Source: a virus. Taken from it: a stretch of DNA of 64,000 nucleotides. This document shows positions 48,363 to 56,177 of this stretch, one piece after another (the stretch's first letter is position 1; each line of letters starts with the position of its first letter). The notes under the pieces are model-generated. The model worked only from the letters and a program-made list of their open reading frames with translations, was not told the DNA's origin and made no database searches. The stretch covers positions 16,354 through 80,353 of the IMG/VR virus record IMGVR_UViG_3300015371_000014; one strand, given 5' to 3'. Both the position numbers and the translations under genes were made by a program.

Positions 48363-48770
48363 TCACTCCTTCTCCAGATTCACCACGGGGAGGTCGTACT
48401 CAAAACACATGTAGTCCACGGCTTCGTCGAGTCTCTTGAAGGGTTTCGGTACCAGGATCTTGACTGGTCGCTCGATGTACACCCGCCACTCGATATGATT
48501 CGGCTGGTCGTTGGTGCGAATGATCCTGGCTGTGAGTCCGTCTTTGAAGCTATACCTCCAGTCACCGTTACCTAGCTTCTTCCGATAGTCCGGTGGCATC
48601 CGCTTGAATTCCCGCTTAGCCGCACTCATCTCCCGAATCCTCTCCGGTACCTCTCCGTGCAGAGACGGAATGATCACCGTCTCGTCCTCCCTGTCCCTCA
48701 GGCCCAGCTTGTTGTGACCCAGGACGCGACTTCCCATGCGATTCAGCCCATCTTCCCAGAAATCCGACAC
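48363..48770 (-). CDS. hypothetical protein
   Basis: GGAGG RBS and GTG 48770. Confidence 0.6.
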   Translation of the reverse strand: MSDFWEDGLNRMGSRVLGHNKLGLRDREDETVIIPSLHGEVPERIREMSAAKREFKRMPPDYRKKLGNGDWRYSFKDGLTARIIRTNDQPNHIEWRVYIERPVKILVPKPFKRLDEAVDYMCFEYDLPVVNLEKE

Positions 48771-48873
48771 TGTATCCTCCTTTGCCCGTTCCCTTGCAGT
48801 AAGGGCATTCCGATTGTCCCTCTGGTAGGGACGGCAACCAACCGTCCCCACCACACGCATGGCAGTAGCTCAC
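48616..48873 (-). CDS. DnaJ-type zinc-finger protein
   Basis: CHACGGDG..CPYCKGTG. Confidence 0.55.
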   Translation of the reverse strand: MSYCHACGGDGWLPSLPEGQSECPYCKGTGKGGYSVGFLGRWAESHGKSRPGSQQAGPEGQGGRDGDHSVSARRGTGEDSGDECG

Positions 48874-49652
48874 TTCTTCTCCAACTTCACTGGTAGTCCG
48901 GAACGACGAGCTTGCTCCAGGGCAGGTTCGTGGCGACCATCTTCCGTGTCTTCGATCACATCGAGTCGGTGGATAGGCAGCACCATGAAGATGCCCTCTG
49001 TGTAGAGAGGATCAATCCCCTTGGGCTTCTTTCGTCCGACATAGGTGGTATCACCAAGCTCCCGCTCCACCGTACGGGGAGGATCAGAGGGGTCCAGGGA
49101 GTTCGTGCCTGACTTGATGTCATCCCACCACAGCGAGACACACATCTCCCGCGTGTTATTACGGAACTTGTGGTCGCTCTCCCACGGGTATCCGTCGTGC
49201 TTCTCCGTCTCGCAGAGGCAGCGGAAGGGATGCACCTCTGGGTACTCGTTCGCCTCTTCGATGAGGGCGTCGTAGTACTCAGCGCAGTTGTCAATGATCG
49301 CTCGCTCATGCACCAGGATGATCTTGCTGGCGGGAGAGAGAAGTTCCAGGCGAGCATCCCGCTTGATGCGACGGCTCAGTCCTGACCGCCTCACTTCCTC
49401 GAAGAAGTCGGCCACGTTTGGGTAGTACTTCTTTCCCACCCGGTCATAGACATCGAACACGCCGGGGAACCCTGGTCGCTCTAGGATCGAGACACCGCGC
49501 TCTGGAATGAGCATGTCTGGGGGGCAGGGGATCGGAGGATCCACCAGGAATTTCTCCAGGGGATCTCCCCGCGTCCCCATCAGGGTCCGCATATACACGC
49601 CACCAGGCTCTCGCTCGCCGCATCCGCGCTCGCCAACCTCTGTTGCATCCAT
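48870..49652 (-). CDS. hypothetical phage protein
   Basis: 260-aa ORF after promoter, AAGGAG RBS, ERGCG.R.PGGVY motif. Confidence 0.7.
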   Translation of the reverse strand: MDATEVGERGCGEREPGGVYMRTLMGTRGDPLEKFLVDPPIPCPPDMLIPERGVSILERPGFPGVFDVYDRVGKKYYPNVADFFEEVRRSGLSRRIKRDARLELLSPASKIILVHERAIIDNCAEYYDALIEEANEYPEVHPFRCLCETEKHDGYPWESDHKFRNNTREMCVSLWWDDIKSGTNSLDPSDPPRTVERELGDTTYVGRKKPKGIDPLYTEGIFMVLPIHRLDVIEDTEDGRHEPALEQARRSGLPVKLEKK

Positions 49653-49703
49653 GTCCTGACTCCTTCTCGTGAGGTGGAGTTCCGATTCCCCACCAACACG
49701 ATC

Positions 49704-49732
49704 ATCCTAGCAGAACCATTACTCTTTGTCAA
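49704..49732 (-). promoter_or_regulatory. sigma70-type promoter
   Basis: TTGACA-17 bp-TAGGAT with extended TG. Confidence 0.75.
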
Positions 49733-49737
49733 TAGTC

Positions 49738-49751
49738 TTGACAGGTGTCAA
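49738..49751. repeat. 14-bp palindrome, 5 bp upstream of a -35
   Basis: TTGACAGGTGTCAA. Confidence 0.9.
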
Positions 49752-49830
49752 TTCATCGAGAGGATCAGCATGGCAGCGAGGGCCAGGAAGACGACCACGA
49801 ACCCCCAACACATCCCCGCTACCCAGGGGT

Positions 49831-50172
49831 TCATCTCTTTACCACCTTTGCCCTGATGATGACTTGCTGACTGTACTCAGCTGACTTCGCGATGGCATCT
49901 GGGGTTTCTACGGTGCCACGGAACACCACCGTGGCATGGATCTCATCGCCCTGAATGGTGGCTGAGTAGACGAAAGAGTCGAGATCGAAGCCTGTCAATG
50001 TCTCTGGAGGAACGTAATCCTTCATCGCCTGAGCCATCCGACTCCGGTAGACCCCGATTGGTGTCTGGCGAATCCTGGCAATCTCCTCCCTCTCCTCTTG
50101 CTTGAGACTGTCGCGAGGGGCGCTCTTCTTGGTGGCTTTCTCCTCTGATGCCTTGCGTGGCGTCATGAGCAA
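49831..50172 (-). CDS. hypothetical protein
   Basis: Operon packing. Confidence 0.55.
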   Translation of the reverse strand: MLMTPRKASEEKATKKSAPRDSLKQEEREEIARIRQTPIGVYRSRMAQAMKDYVPPETLTGFDLDSFVYSATIQGDEIHATVVFRGTVETPDAIAKSAEYSQQVIIRAKVVKR

Positions 50173-50672
50173 GACACGTCGAGACTGGCGATCTCGCTGA
50201 TGGTATCGGTGAGAGCATCTTGAAACTCTTCGTCGCCATCTTCACCCTCATCGAAGTCATCACGATCCGGGATGTCCACGTTCTCGATATCGTCAGCCCA
50301 TGCTTCCATGGCCTCAATCCGTTCTTGCATCAGAGTGCCAACATCGCCGTCTCGCAGGGAGTCTGGCATGTTGTCCAACTTGTCCTGGGTTTCCTGAGCG
50401 ACATCTCTGGCACGCTGTGCCCAGTCATCCCGCTCAACCGTAAGATCCTCAGCGGTTTCCACGGAGCATCGCCCCATGTCGTCTTGGATCCCGTACACAT
50501 CCTGCCAGAATTCCGACATGGTCAGCTGGGAGCGGGTTGGGTAGGTCTTGGAGCAACGACGGACACCTCGCCCTGACACCATATTGCTCCACCAGTAATA
50601 GGTGTCGCCAACCTTGACATCGCACTCTGGTTTGGGCTTCTGCGCTCGCTGAACCTTGTGAACCTTGGGCAT
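50163..50672 (-). CDS. hypothetical protein (acidic helical C-terminus)
   Basis: AAGGAG RBS; TAATG coupling. Confidence 0.7.
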   Translation of the reverse strand: MPKVHKVQRAQKPKPECDVKVGDTYYWWSNMVSGRGVRRCSKTYPTRSQLTMSEFWQDVYGIQDDMGRCSVETAEDLTVERDDWAQRARDVAQETQDKLDNMPDSLRDGDVGTLMQERIEAMEAWADDIENVDIPDRDDFDEGEDGDEEFQDALTDTISEIASLDVSCS

Positions 50673-51106
50673 TATGCTGTCTCCTTCTTCCGGTAGATTC
50701 CGTACACGCATCTCGTCCCGCCCTGTGACGGGTCATAGGTGTCGTGGACCACGCCATCGATCACCGCTACGCAGTGCTTACTCACTCTGGCAACGATACG
50801 TCCCTTCGGTAGCTCCTCCTCTCTCAGGTGAACCTTGCACCCGACACCAACTTTCACCAGGGGAATCCACTCCCAACCCAGGTGTTCCATGACGTAATCG
50901 CGAGTTTTGCGACTCACCCCCTTTCTCGCATTGCCATGACTCCTGCCATCAACCTGATTCAGTACCTTCGTGGCTGCGTTGAGCAGGTTGTACATCACCG
51001 TGTAAGGTGTTTCAGTGGCGATGGCGAATGATCTCGCGACGCAGTCTCTGACTTCCCCCTCAAATCCTGCCTCTGCCCGACCTCCGTCGTCATACACGAA
51101 ATTCAC
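50672..51106 (-). CDS. putative papain-fold Cys/His/Asp protein
   Basis: DCVARSFAIA..KHCVAVIDGVVHDTYD. Confidence 0.5.
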   Translation of the reverse strand: MNFVYDDGGRAEAGFEGEVRDCVARSFAIATETPYTVMYNLLNAATKVLNQVDGRSHGNARKGVSRKTRDYVMEHLGWEWIPLVKVGVGCKVHLREEELPKGRIVARVSKHCVAVIDGVVHDTYDPSQGGTRCVYGIYRKKETA

Positions 51107-51369
51107 GCTGGTACCCCATCTTTCACTGCGCCTACGACACACCAACGAGACACATTGACGATGACGATCTCAAAGCTCTCGACCTCGCGATTCATCGTGT
51201 GGACCCTGCCACCCCATCCCTTGACGAGGATCCTGGGCAGCTTGGACAGAGCCATCGCTTGAAGCTCCGCTGCATCGAAGTCAGGGAACTCATCCTTCCA
51301 TTCGTCATAGATGGGAAAGGGGTATCCGTTTTCTCCCTGCACCTGGAGAATGAAATTCTTCTGGCTCAC
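51103..51369 (-). CDS. hypothetical protein
   Basis: GGGGAG RBS after promoter. Confidence 0.6.
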   Translation of the reverse strand: MSQKNFILQVQGENGYPFPIYDEWKDEFPDFDAAELQAMALSKLPRILVKGWGGRVHTMNREVESFEIVIVNVSRWCVVGAVKDGVPA

Positions 51370-51417
51370 GAACTGACTCCCCTCTGCGAGTGAGGCTTCC
51401 GAAACCTCATTGGTGCA

Positions 51418-51446
51418 ACCTTACCACAACCTCCATCCTGTGTCAA
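51418..51446 (-). promoter_or_regulatory. sigma70-type promoter (GTTGTGG-TAAGGT class)
   Basis: TTGACA-17 bp-TAAGGT. Confidence 0.75.
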
Positions 51447-51946
51447 GTATGAGAAACGAGGCTGATTGCTCAGCCCCGCCTCCCAGAACATAGGTTATCG
51501 TTCACGAGTTGCCCTAGGTGTTCGAGAAGACCCCGGTTACATGGTGCCCACCTTTCGTTTCAAAAACCCGAATCTCGCTCTGAAAAAATATTTGGATTTG
51601 GCCGGTTTTCATGGACCGGGAATCCAGTGGAACGAATGTATCATAGGTGACAGGCTGTGTCAAGGGGGTAAAAACGCTACTGGCCCAACCGAAGTCAGGC
51701 CAGTAAACGCTCGGAAACCTTGGAGAGGGGGAATCAGCGCCTTGCGGGGTTGCTCACGGGGCGAGCATGCTTGGCTTTGGAAACCTCTCCTCAGCGTTTT
51801 TGACAGGGAGTCTCACTTCTCTGCCAACCGAAATGTAGCACGGATGTGCTGATCTGTCAAGAGGGGGCGGGGCGGCTAGTGGAAGGATCCAGCCGCCCCA
51901 GCAGGAGTCGGGATGATCAGGGTCCGATGGTGTAATAAACCCCTGA

Positions 51947-52315
51947 TCACTGTGTGATTTTACCACAATCCTGGTCTTCGATCACGATCTTCCGTCTGGC
52001 CTGAGCTTCATCCCAGGTCATGCCTGTTTTGGGCGCAACATAGCAGTCCCAGAATCCCTTTCCATTCGAGTGTTCCTGCCGAAAGATATAGCGGCCATCG
52101 GGATCGTTTTGGCGATACAGGATCCAGTCTCCGAACTCGATGGGAATCTGCTTCTTGGCATCGACATCTCCCACCACCCTGGTTTCGATTTGGAACCCCT
52201 GCCCATCATAGGTGATTTTGTGAACGATCATATCGGCAACGCTCCAGGTTTCCTTGAACTCCACCGCACAGAGGGCGAGGTTGCGTTGCCAGACAAGGGT
52301 TTCGATTGCGGACAT
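51947..52315 (-). CDS. hypothetical protein
   Basis: GGAGG RBS; TGATG coupling. Confidence 0.65.
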   Translation of the reverse strand: MSAIETLVWQRNLALCAVEFKETWSVADMIVHKITYDGQGFQIETRVVGDVDAKKQIPIEFGDWILYRQNDPDGRYIFRQEHSNGKGFWDCYVAPKTGMTWDEAQARRKIVIEDQDCGKITQ

Positions 52316-52902
52316 CAGGCGAGTACCTCCGCACGACGTTTGACAGTGTCGTGAGCTTGCTGCCGGGGAGATCGATATTCTGTTTCTTCCTCCTCGATCC
52401 CATCTTGGATCTTCTTGCTTGCAGGCGATCTCAGGTCGCGATCTGTCAGGGGGATCGAGAAATACTCAACCGGAGCATGACAGTATCCCCTGGAAGGCTC
52501 AAAAACGGCCCCTGGAGGCACGAGATCTTCGAAGCGGTATCTTGGGTCATGATCGGGGGAGAAATCGCGTCTACGGGCCTCTATTTCTTTCCTAGGGCCT
52601 TTCCGGGTGATTTCAATGGCAGCGGTGACGTATCCCCAGAGGATCATGGCGATATTTGGCTCGATGGGCTGTCGCCGCATCAGGTTTTGCATCATCACCA
52701 GCGTGTCGAGATCTTCGGCGTCGTAGCACTCATTCACCAGCCGCAGCCAGTCTTCGATCAGGTCCGCATCGTGCCATCTCGCCACGTATCGATTGATTTC
52801 GGCAGACCCTCGTTTGCGTCCGTGGCTCCCCTGGGTCTGGTTCGATTCCTGGGAAATCCTTCTGGGGGCTTCTGCTGGGTTCGCCATGCTGTTGAGAGCC
52901 AC
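52315..52902 (-). CDS. hypothetical protein
   Basis: GGAGG RBS and GTG 52902. Confidence 0.6.
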   Translation of the reverse strand: MALNSMANPAEAPRRISQESNQTQGSHGRKRGSAEINRYVARWHDADLIEDWLRLVNECYDAEDLDTLVMMQNLMRRQPIEPNIAMILWGYVTAAIEITRKGPRKEIEARRRDFSPDHDPRYRFEDLVPPGAVFEPSRGYCHAPVEYFSIPLTDRDLRSPASKKIQDGIEEEETEYRSPRQQAHDTVKRRAEVLA

Positions 52903-52955
52903 TGATTCCTCCCGCTGCGCTTGGCCCGGTTCCGATCCCTGGCCTTGAGGCAACC

Positions 52956-52984
52956 AAACTACCACATCCTAGACAAAACGTCAA
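52956..52984 (-). promoter_or_regulatory. sigma70-type promoter
   Basis: TTGACG-17 bp-TAGTTT with TGTGG extension. Confidence 0.55.
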
Positions 52985-53307
52985 CCCTCTGCTCGCGTGC
53001 GCGAAGGTGTTTATTCGCCATTATGCTCATTTCAAAAAACCTTCCTTTTCCCAGATACCCACCAGATACGTTAAAGCTACGATGCTGAGAGGAGTACGGT
53101 ATTCTTCTTTCTCCATCGTTACTCCATCTCCTATCCCGTACTTGCTAGTAAGATAAACAAACTAACGTGAGTTAGTTATTCCAGCGCACGTATGCGCCCA
53201 CGCCTGATACCTTACTGTTAATCGCGTGCGAATTCAGATAGCGCGTACGCGTACGCATATGAACATGTTGCTCACTGAGCAGAACCATGCTTACCACTGA
53301 GCAGGAG

Positions 53308-53321
53308 TTGACAGGTGTCAA
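53308..53321. repeat. 14-bp palindrome over the HNH start codon
   Basis: TTGACAGGTGTCAA. Confidence 0.9.
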
Positions 53322-53626
53322 ATTTCATCCCCTCCTATTACCGCACGAAATCCTGGTACACCATACGAGCCAAAACCCTCAAGCGAGATGGCTACAAGTG
53401 CGTGTACTGTGGAGATAAAGCGGCCACTGCGGACCATGTTTTACCCCGTTCTAAGGGCGGGAAAAACACCCTGGACAACTTAGTGGCAGCTTGTCTGCGG
53501 TGCAATGAAATAGCAGGAGGCCGGGAATTCCCCAACCTCGCTGCCAAAAAAGCCTTTATTCTTAGAGTGGCGAAAAGAACCCCCGTCTATGGGCGGGGAA
53601 AATCTACTCCCCGTAAGAGATCGTGA
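53315..53626 (+). CDS. HNH endonuclease
   Basis: LKRDGYKCVYCG..DHVLPRSKGG..NLVAACLRCN; AGGAG RBS. Confidence 0.9.
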   Translation: MSNFIPSYYRTKSWYTIRAKTLKRDGYKCVYCGDKAATADHVLPRSKGGKNTLDNLVAACLRCNEIAGGREFPNLAAKKAFILRVAKRTPVYGRGKSTPRKRS

Positions 53627-54836
53627 TGGATTTGACCCCCGGCACCTTGACCGGATTTTCCAGCCCCGGCACGGTTAGCTCGATTTCCAGACCCTCTTCC
53701 ATATGTCGCCATTCCGATTTGGACCCCCCGGCATCTTCGCGGATTTTGACCCCCGGCATAGTGGCCGGATTTTCTACCCCTGCCAGTGTCGGTGGATTTT
53801 GACTCCCATCCATCTCTGTGGAATTTCCACCCCCGCCTAGATCGGTGGATTTTTGACCCCCACTGACCTCCGTGGATTTTTCCCACTCCCCTGAGATTTC
53901 GTGGATTTTTTCTTGAGTGGGGGTCGTTTCCTCCGATTTTTCCTTGCGAAATACCGAAATATCCCGATTTTTGGCAATAAAATTAGGCGGAAATTCCCCT
54001 GAGAACTCTGCCAGAGCTTGCCCAACCCTGTTGCGGTAGATCGGCTTCTCATACAGATCGACCAGGAGATGGTCTATGGCACGCTTGTTCGCCCTCTCTG
54101 GTAAGCGGGAGTCCACTAATGTCTTTTCGCACCACTCCAGGGTGTGTTCCCTGTTCCATAGCGTTTCCTGCCAATCCGCTTTCTGCATGGCGATGCGTTC
54201 CCGTACGTCATTGAGCCTCCTGAGGGTGTCTTTGGGGTTGTGATTGGTTGATTCTTGCTCAAGAATATGGCGTGCCAGGAAGAGAGGATAGAGAGAGGAG
54301 ATCACCTGGAGGAAGTTATCGCCCTTGGCATAGTTCTCTTGCTGTTTTGGTTCTGGTCCCAGGGCGATAAACCACTTATCACGATGCGTCCCAATTAATC
54401 TTCTCGCCATGGATTTGGTGAGGAAAAGAATGCGATTATCGATGACTCTTTGCCAGACAGGGCCGATGGTGATGTCGTTTCTTAGTTCGGGAAGGAGGCA
54501 GCCCAAGAATTGGGTTTTGGGGTGAGCGAGAGAGCGCATGATCATTGAAAGCTCGACCAGGAGGATCCGATTCCCCTGCTCTGCGATGACTTCCTGTGAC
54601 CATCCATGAATGTTGTCCAGGCCGAACAGCGTTCGCCCACTGGGAGCTACGATACTTACTACTACTATGCTGTCATAGGGGTCTGGAGTTCCCGCTACGG
54701 CCAGTCTGCCTGAGAAAAAGATGGAGTCAAGGTCATCCGTCCTTACTTTCTCAGGTAGGGACGCTACGACCTCGTCTCTGTATAGCTGCTTGGTTGTCTC
54801 GTGGGTCACGAATCCTCCTGCTAGCACAATTGACAC
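53604..54836 (-). CDS. degenerate Pol-beta superfamily (RlaP/YcgL-like) nucleotidyltransferase with a repeat-derived C-terminus
   Basis: FFSGRLAVAGTPDPYDS..VAPSGRTLFGL resembles GSxAYG...SDxD...AP...LLGL but lacks the GS and DxD residues. Confidence 0.45.
   Translation of the reverse strand: MSIVLAGGFVTHETTKQLYRDEVVASLPEKVRTDDLDSIFFSGRLAVAGTPDPYDSIVVVSIVAPSGRTLFGLDNIHGWSQEVIAEQGNRILLVELSMIMRSLAHPKTQFLGCLLPELRNDITIGPVWQRVIDNRILFLTKSMARRLIGTHRDKWFIALGPEPKQQENYAKGDNFLQVISSLYPLFLARHILEQESTNHNPKDTLRRLNDVRERIAMQKADWQETLWNREHTLEWCEKTLVDSRLPERANKRAIDHLLVDLYEKPIYRNRVGQALAEFSGEFPPNFIAKNRDISVFRKEKSEETTPTQEKIHEISGEWEKSTEVSGGQKSTDLGGGGNSTEMDGSQNPPTLAGVENPATMPGVKIREDAGGSKSEWRHMEEGLEIELTVPGLENPVKVPGVKSITISYGE
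53625..53945. repeat. degenerate tandem array, about 12 units of 25-34 bp (mostly 26-27)
   Basis: Core SGATTTT-n-CCCC recurring at 53628, 53653, 53681, 53715, 53741, 53767, 53794, 53820, 53847, 53874, 53903 and 53934. Confidence 0.75.
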
Positions 54837-54843
54837 CTGTCAA
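54830..54843. repeat. 14-bp palindrome over a GTG start
   Basis: TTGACACCTGTCAA. Confidence 0.9.
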
Positions 54844-54858
54844 TTTTTGTGCCTCTCA

Positions 54859-54887
54859 AGACTAGCAGAAGGACTGTGCTTTGTCAA
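54859..54887 (-). promoter_or_regulatory. sigma70-type promoter flanked by two palindromes
   Basis: TTGACA-17 bp-TAGTCT with extended TG. Confidence 0.7.
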
Positions 54888-54905
54888 TTGGATAGCCAGC
54901 ACGTT

Positions 54906-54919
54906 TTGACAGGTGTCAA
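54906..54919. repeat. 14-bp palindrome
   Basis: TTGACAGGTGTCAA. Confidence 0.9.
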
Positions 54920-54920
54920 T

Positions 54921-55029
54921 AATTTTCCACGGTTTTTTGGTTCCGTTCGAAGCCGCCCAAAAATTTCCACGGTTTTGGCCTCGCGTTCGAATGACTATAA
55001 ATTCCCACGGTTTTGAAGTCCCGTTCGAA
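54921..55029. repeat. three 31-bp direct repeats, period 38-40 bp
   Basis: AAWTTYCCACGGTTTT-N7-CGTTCGAA at 54921, 54961 and 54999. Confidence 0.85.
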
Positions 55030-55170
55030 GGGTAGCGCTATCTAAGTTCCCGGCACTTTCCGCCCCGCGCCCGCTCGCCCGCGCCCGCGCACCGAATCCC
55101 AACCGTTCCGATATTGTCCATAGACTTGGTGGGGTTGTGCCATTGTCCATAAAGTCGGTCGGGAATGCAG

Positions 55171-55253
55171 GGCTACATATCCCGCGAAACCGTGTCTCTT
55201 TAGAACACACGTTCTAAGCGACATATCCCAGTGTACCAGACTACATATCCCAG
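55171..55253. repeat. left cluster of ACATATCCC repeats
   Basis: GGCTACATATCCC, GCGACATATCCCA, CAGACTACATATCCCAG. Confidence 0.8.
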
Positions 55254-55780
55254 TTTTTTTCGGTTTCAGAACATCCGTTCTGATTTCCCAAAACCCGAAC
55301 ATGCGTTCTTTCTGAGCGGGAGTGACACTGTATCCAAAATCGTCGCCAGAACACGCGTTCCAAAAACCATGCCGGCCTAGGCTTGACAATAAAATGTGTT
55401 CAATTGAGTTATTACGGCAAAACCCTGATAACCATGCGGAAAACGACGAAAATCTGAAATAGGTAGTAGAGGCCATGAAACGGGATAGAAACGCGCTATG
55501 GTGCCTTATTTTGCGTTCTAGGGGCATCCTGGTATGTGTCGGGATACGCGGTTTTGACGTTTCCCGACAATGGCATGCGGAAATCTCCGCGTTGCCGGGA
55601 AACCCTGTCAAAATCAGACCGCCAAAACTGGTTTCGTGCTGCACACGTTGCCATACCATGCTGACAGTGTGTGGAATGACTCCCCATGCTGCAGAGAATC
55701 CCTGCAGCGCATTGTGAGAGGGTTTCCGCGTACGCGATACCTATAAGAGTGGAGAAAACGAAATCCGTCTCTATTCGGGG

Positions 55781-55809
55781 TTGACACATCCGTACCATTG
55801 CTGTAAGGT
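55781..55809 (+). promoter_or_regulatory. promoter of the early island operon
   Basis: TTGACA-17 bp-TAAGGT. Confidence 0.75.
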
Positions 55810-55810
55810 A

Positions 55811-56160
55811 CTTCCCAGCGGAGCCAACATTCCCAGAGGCTCCCAAAACCGGGAAGCGACAATGAAATCTAGCGCGGGAAGAAACCGGAGAAGTGATCTC
55901 CCGCATATGTCAGCTAGACACTTCAAACGTCAATGAATCCCGGTCTAGCGGAAGTGATCTCTGCTAGCCAGTCAGACTGAGGTAGTACCGCCATTCATAT
56001 GGGGAATGCCGAACGTGCTAACTGAACGTTGCGACAACGTACAGGACGCTAAGTCGGGAGGAACCACGGTACAGGACGTAGGGAAAACTACCTCAGCGTA
56101 ACGGTTCTGGAGATTCCAGACGGTAGCGGGACAACGCGCTACCGTCTGGAGTTTTGGAAC
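55811..56160 (+). ncRNA. highly structured leader or ncRNA candidate
   Basis: Multiple stems including CTGAGGTAGT/ACTACCTCAG and a roughly 24-bp terminal hairpin; duplicated GAAGTGATCTC and GTACAGGACG. Confidence 0.5.
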
Positions 56161-56177
56161 ACACGAAAGGGAAAACA

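Noticed and set aside
53625-55029. CRISPR array interpretation of the two repeat tracts
   Set aside because: Units are degenerate, linkers are far shorter than spacers, and no cas genes are present.
55042-55906. ORFs of 80-205 aa in the island's left flank
   Set aside because: Non-protein-like composition, no RBS, and they overlap repeat and promoter elements.
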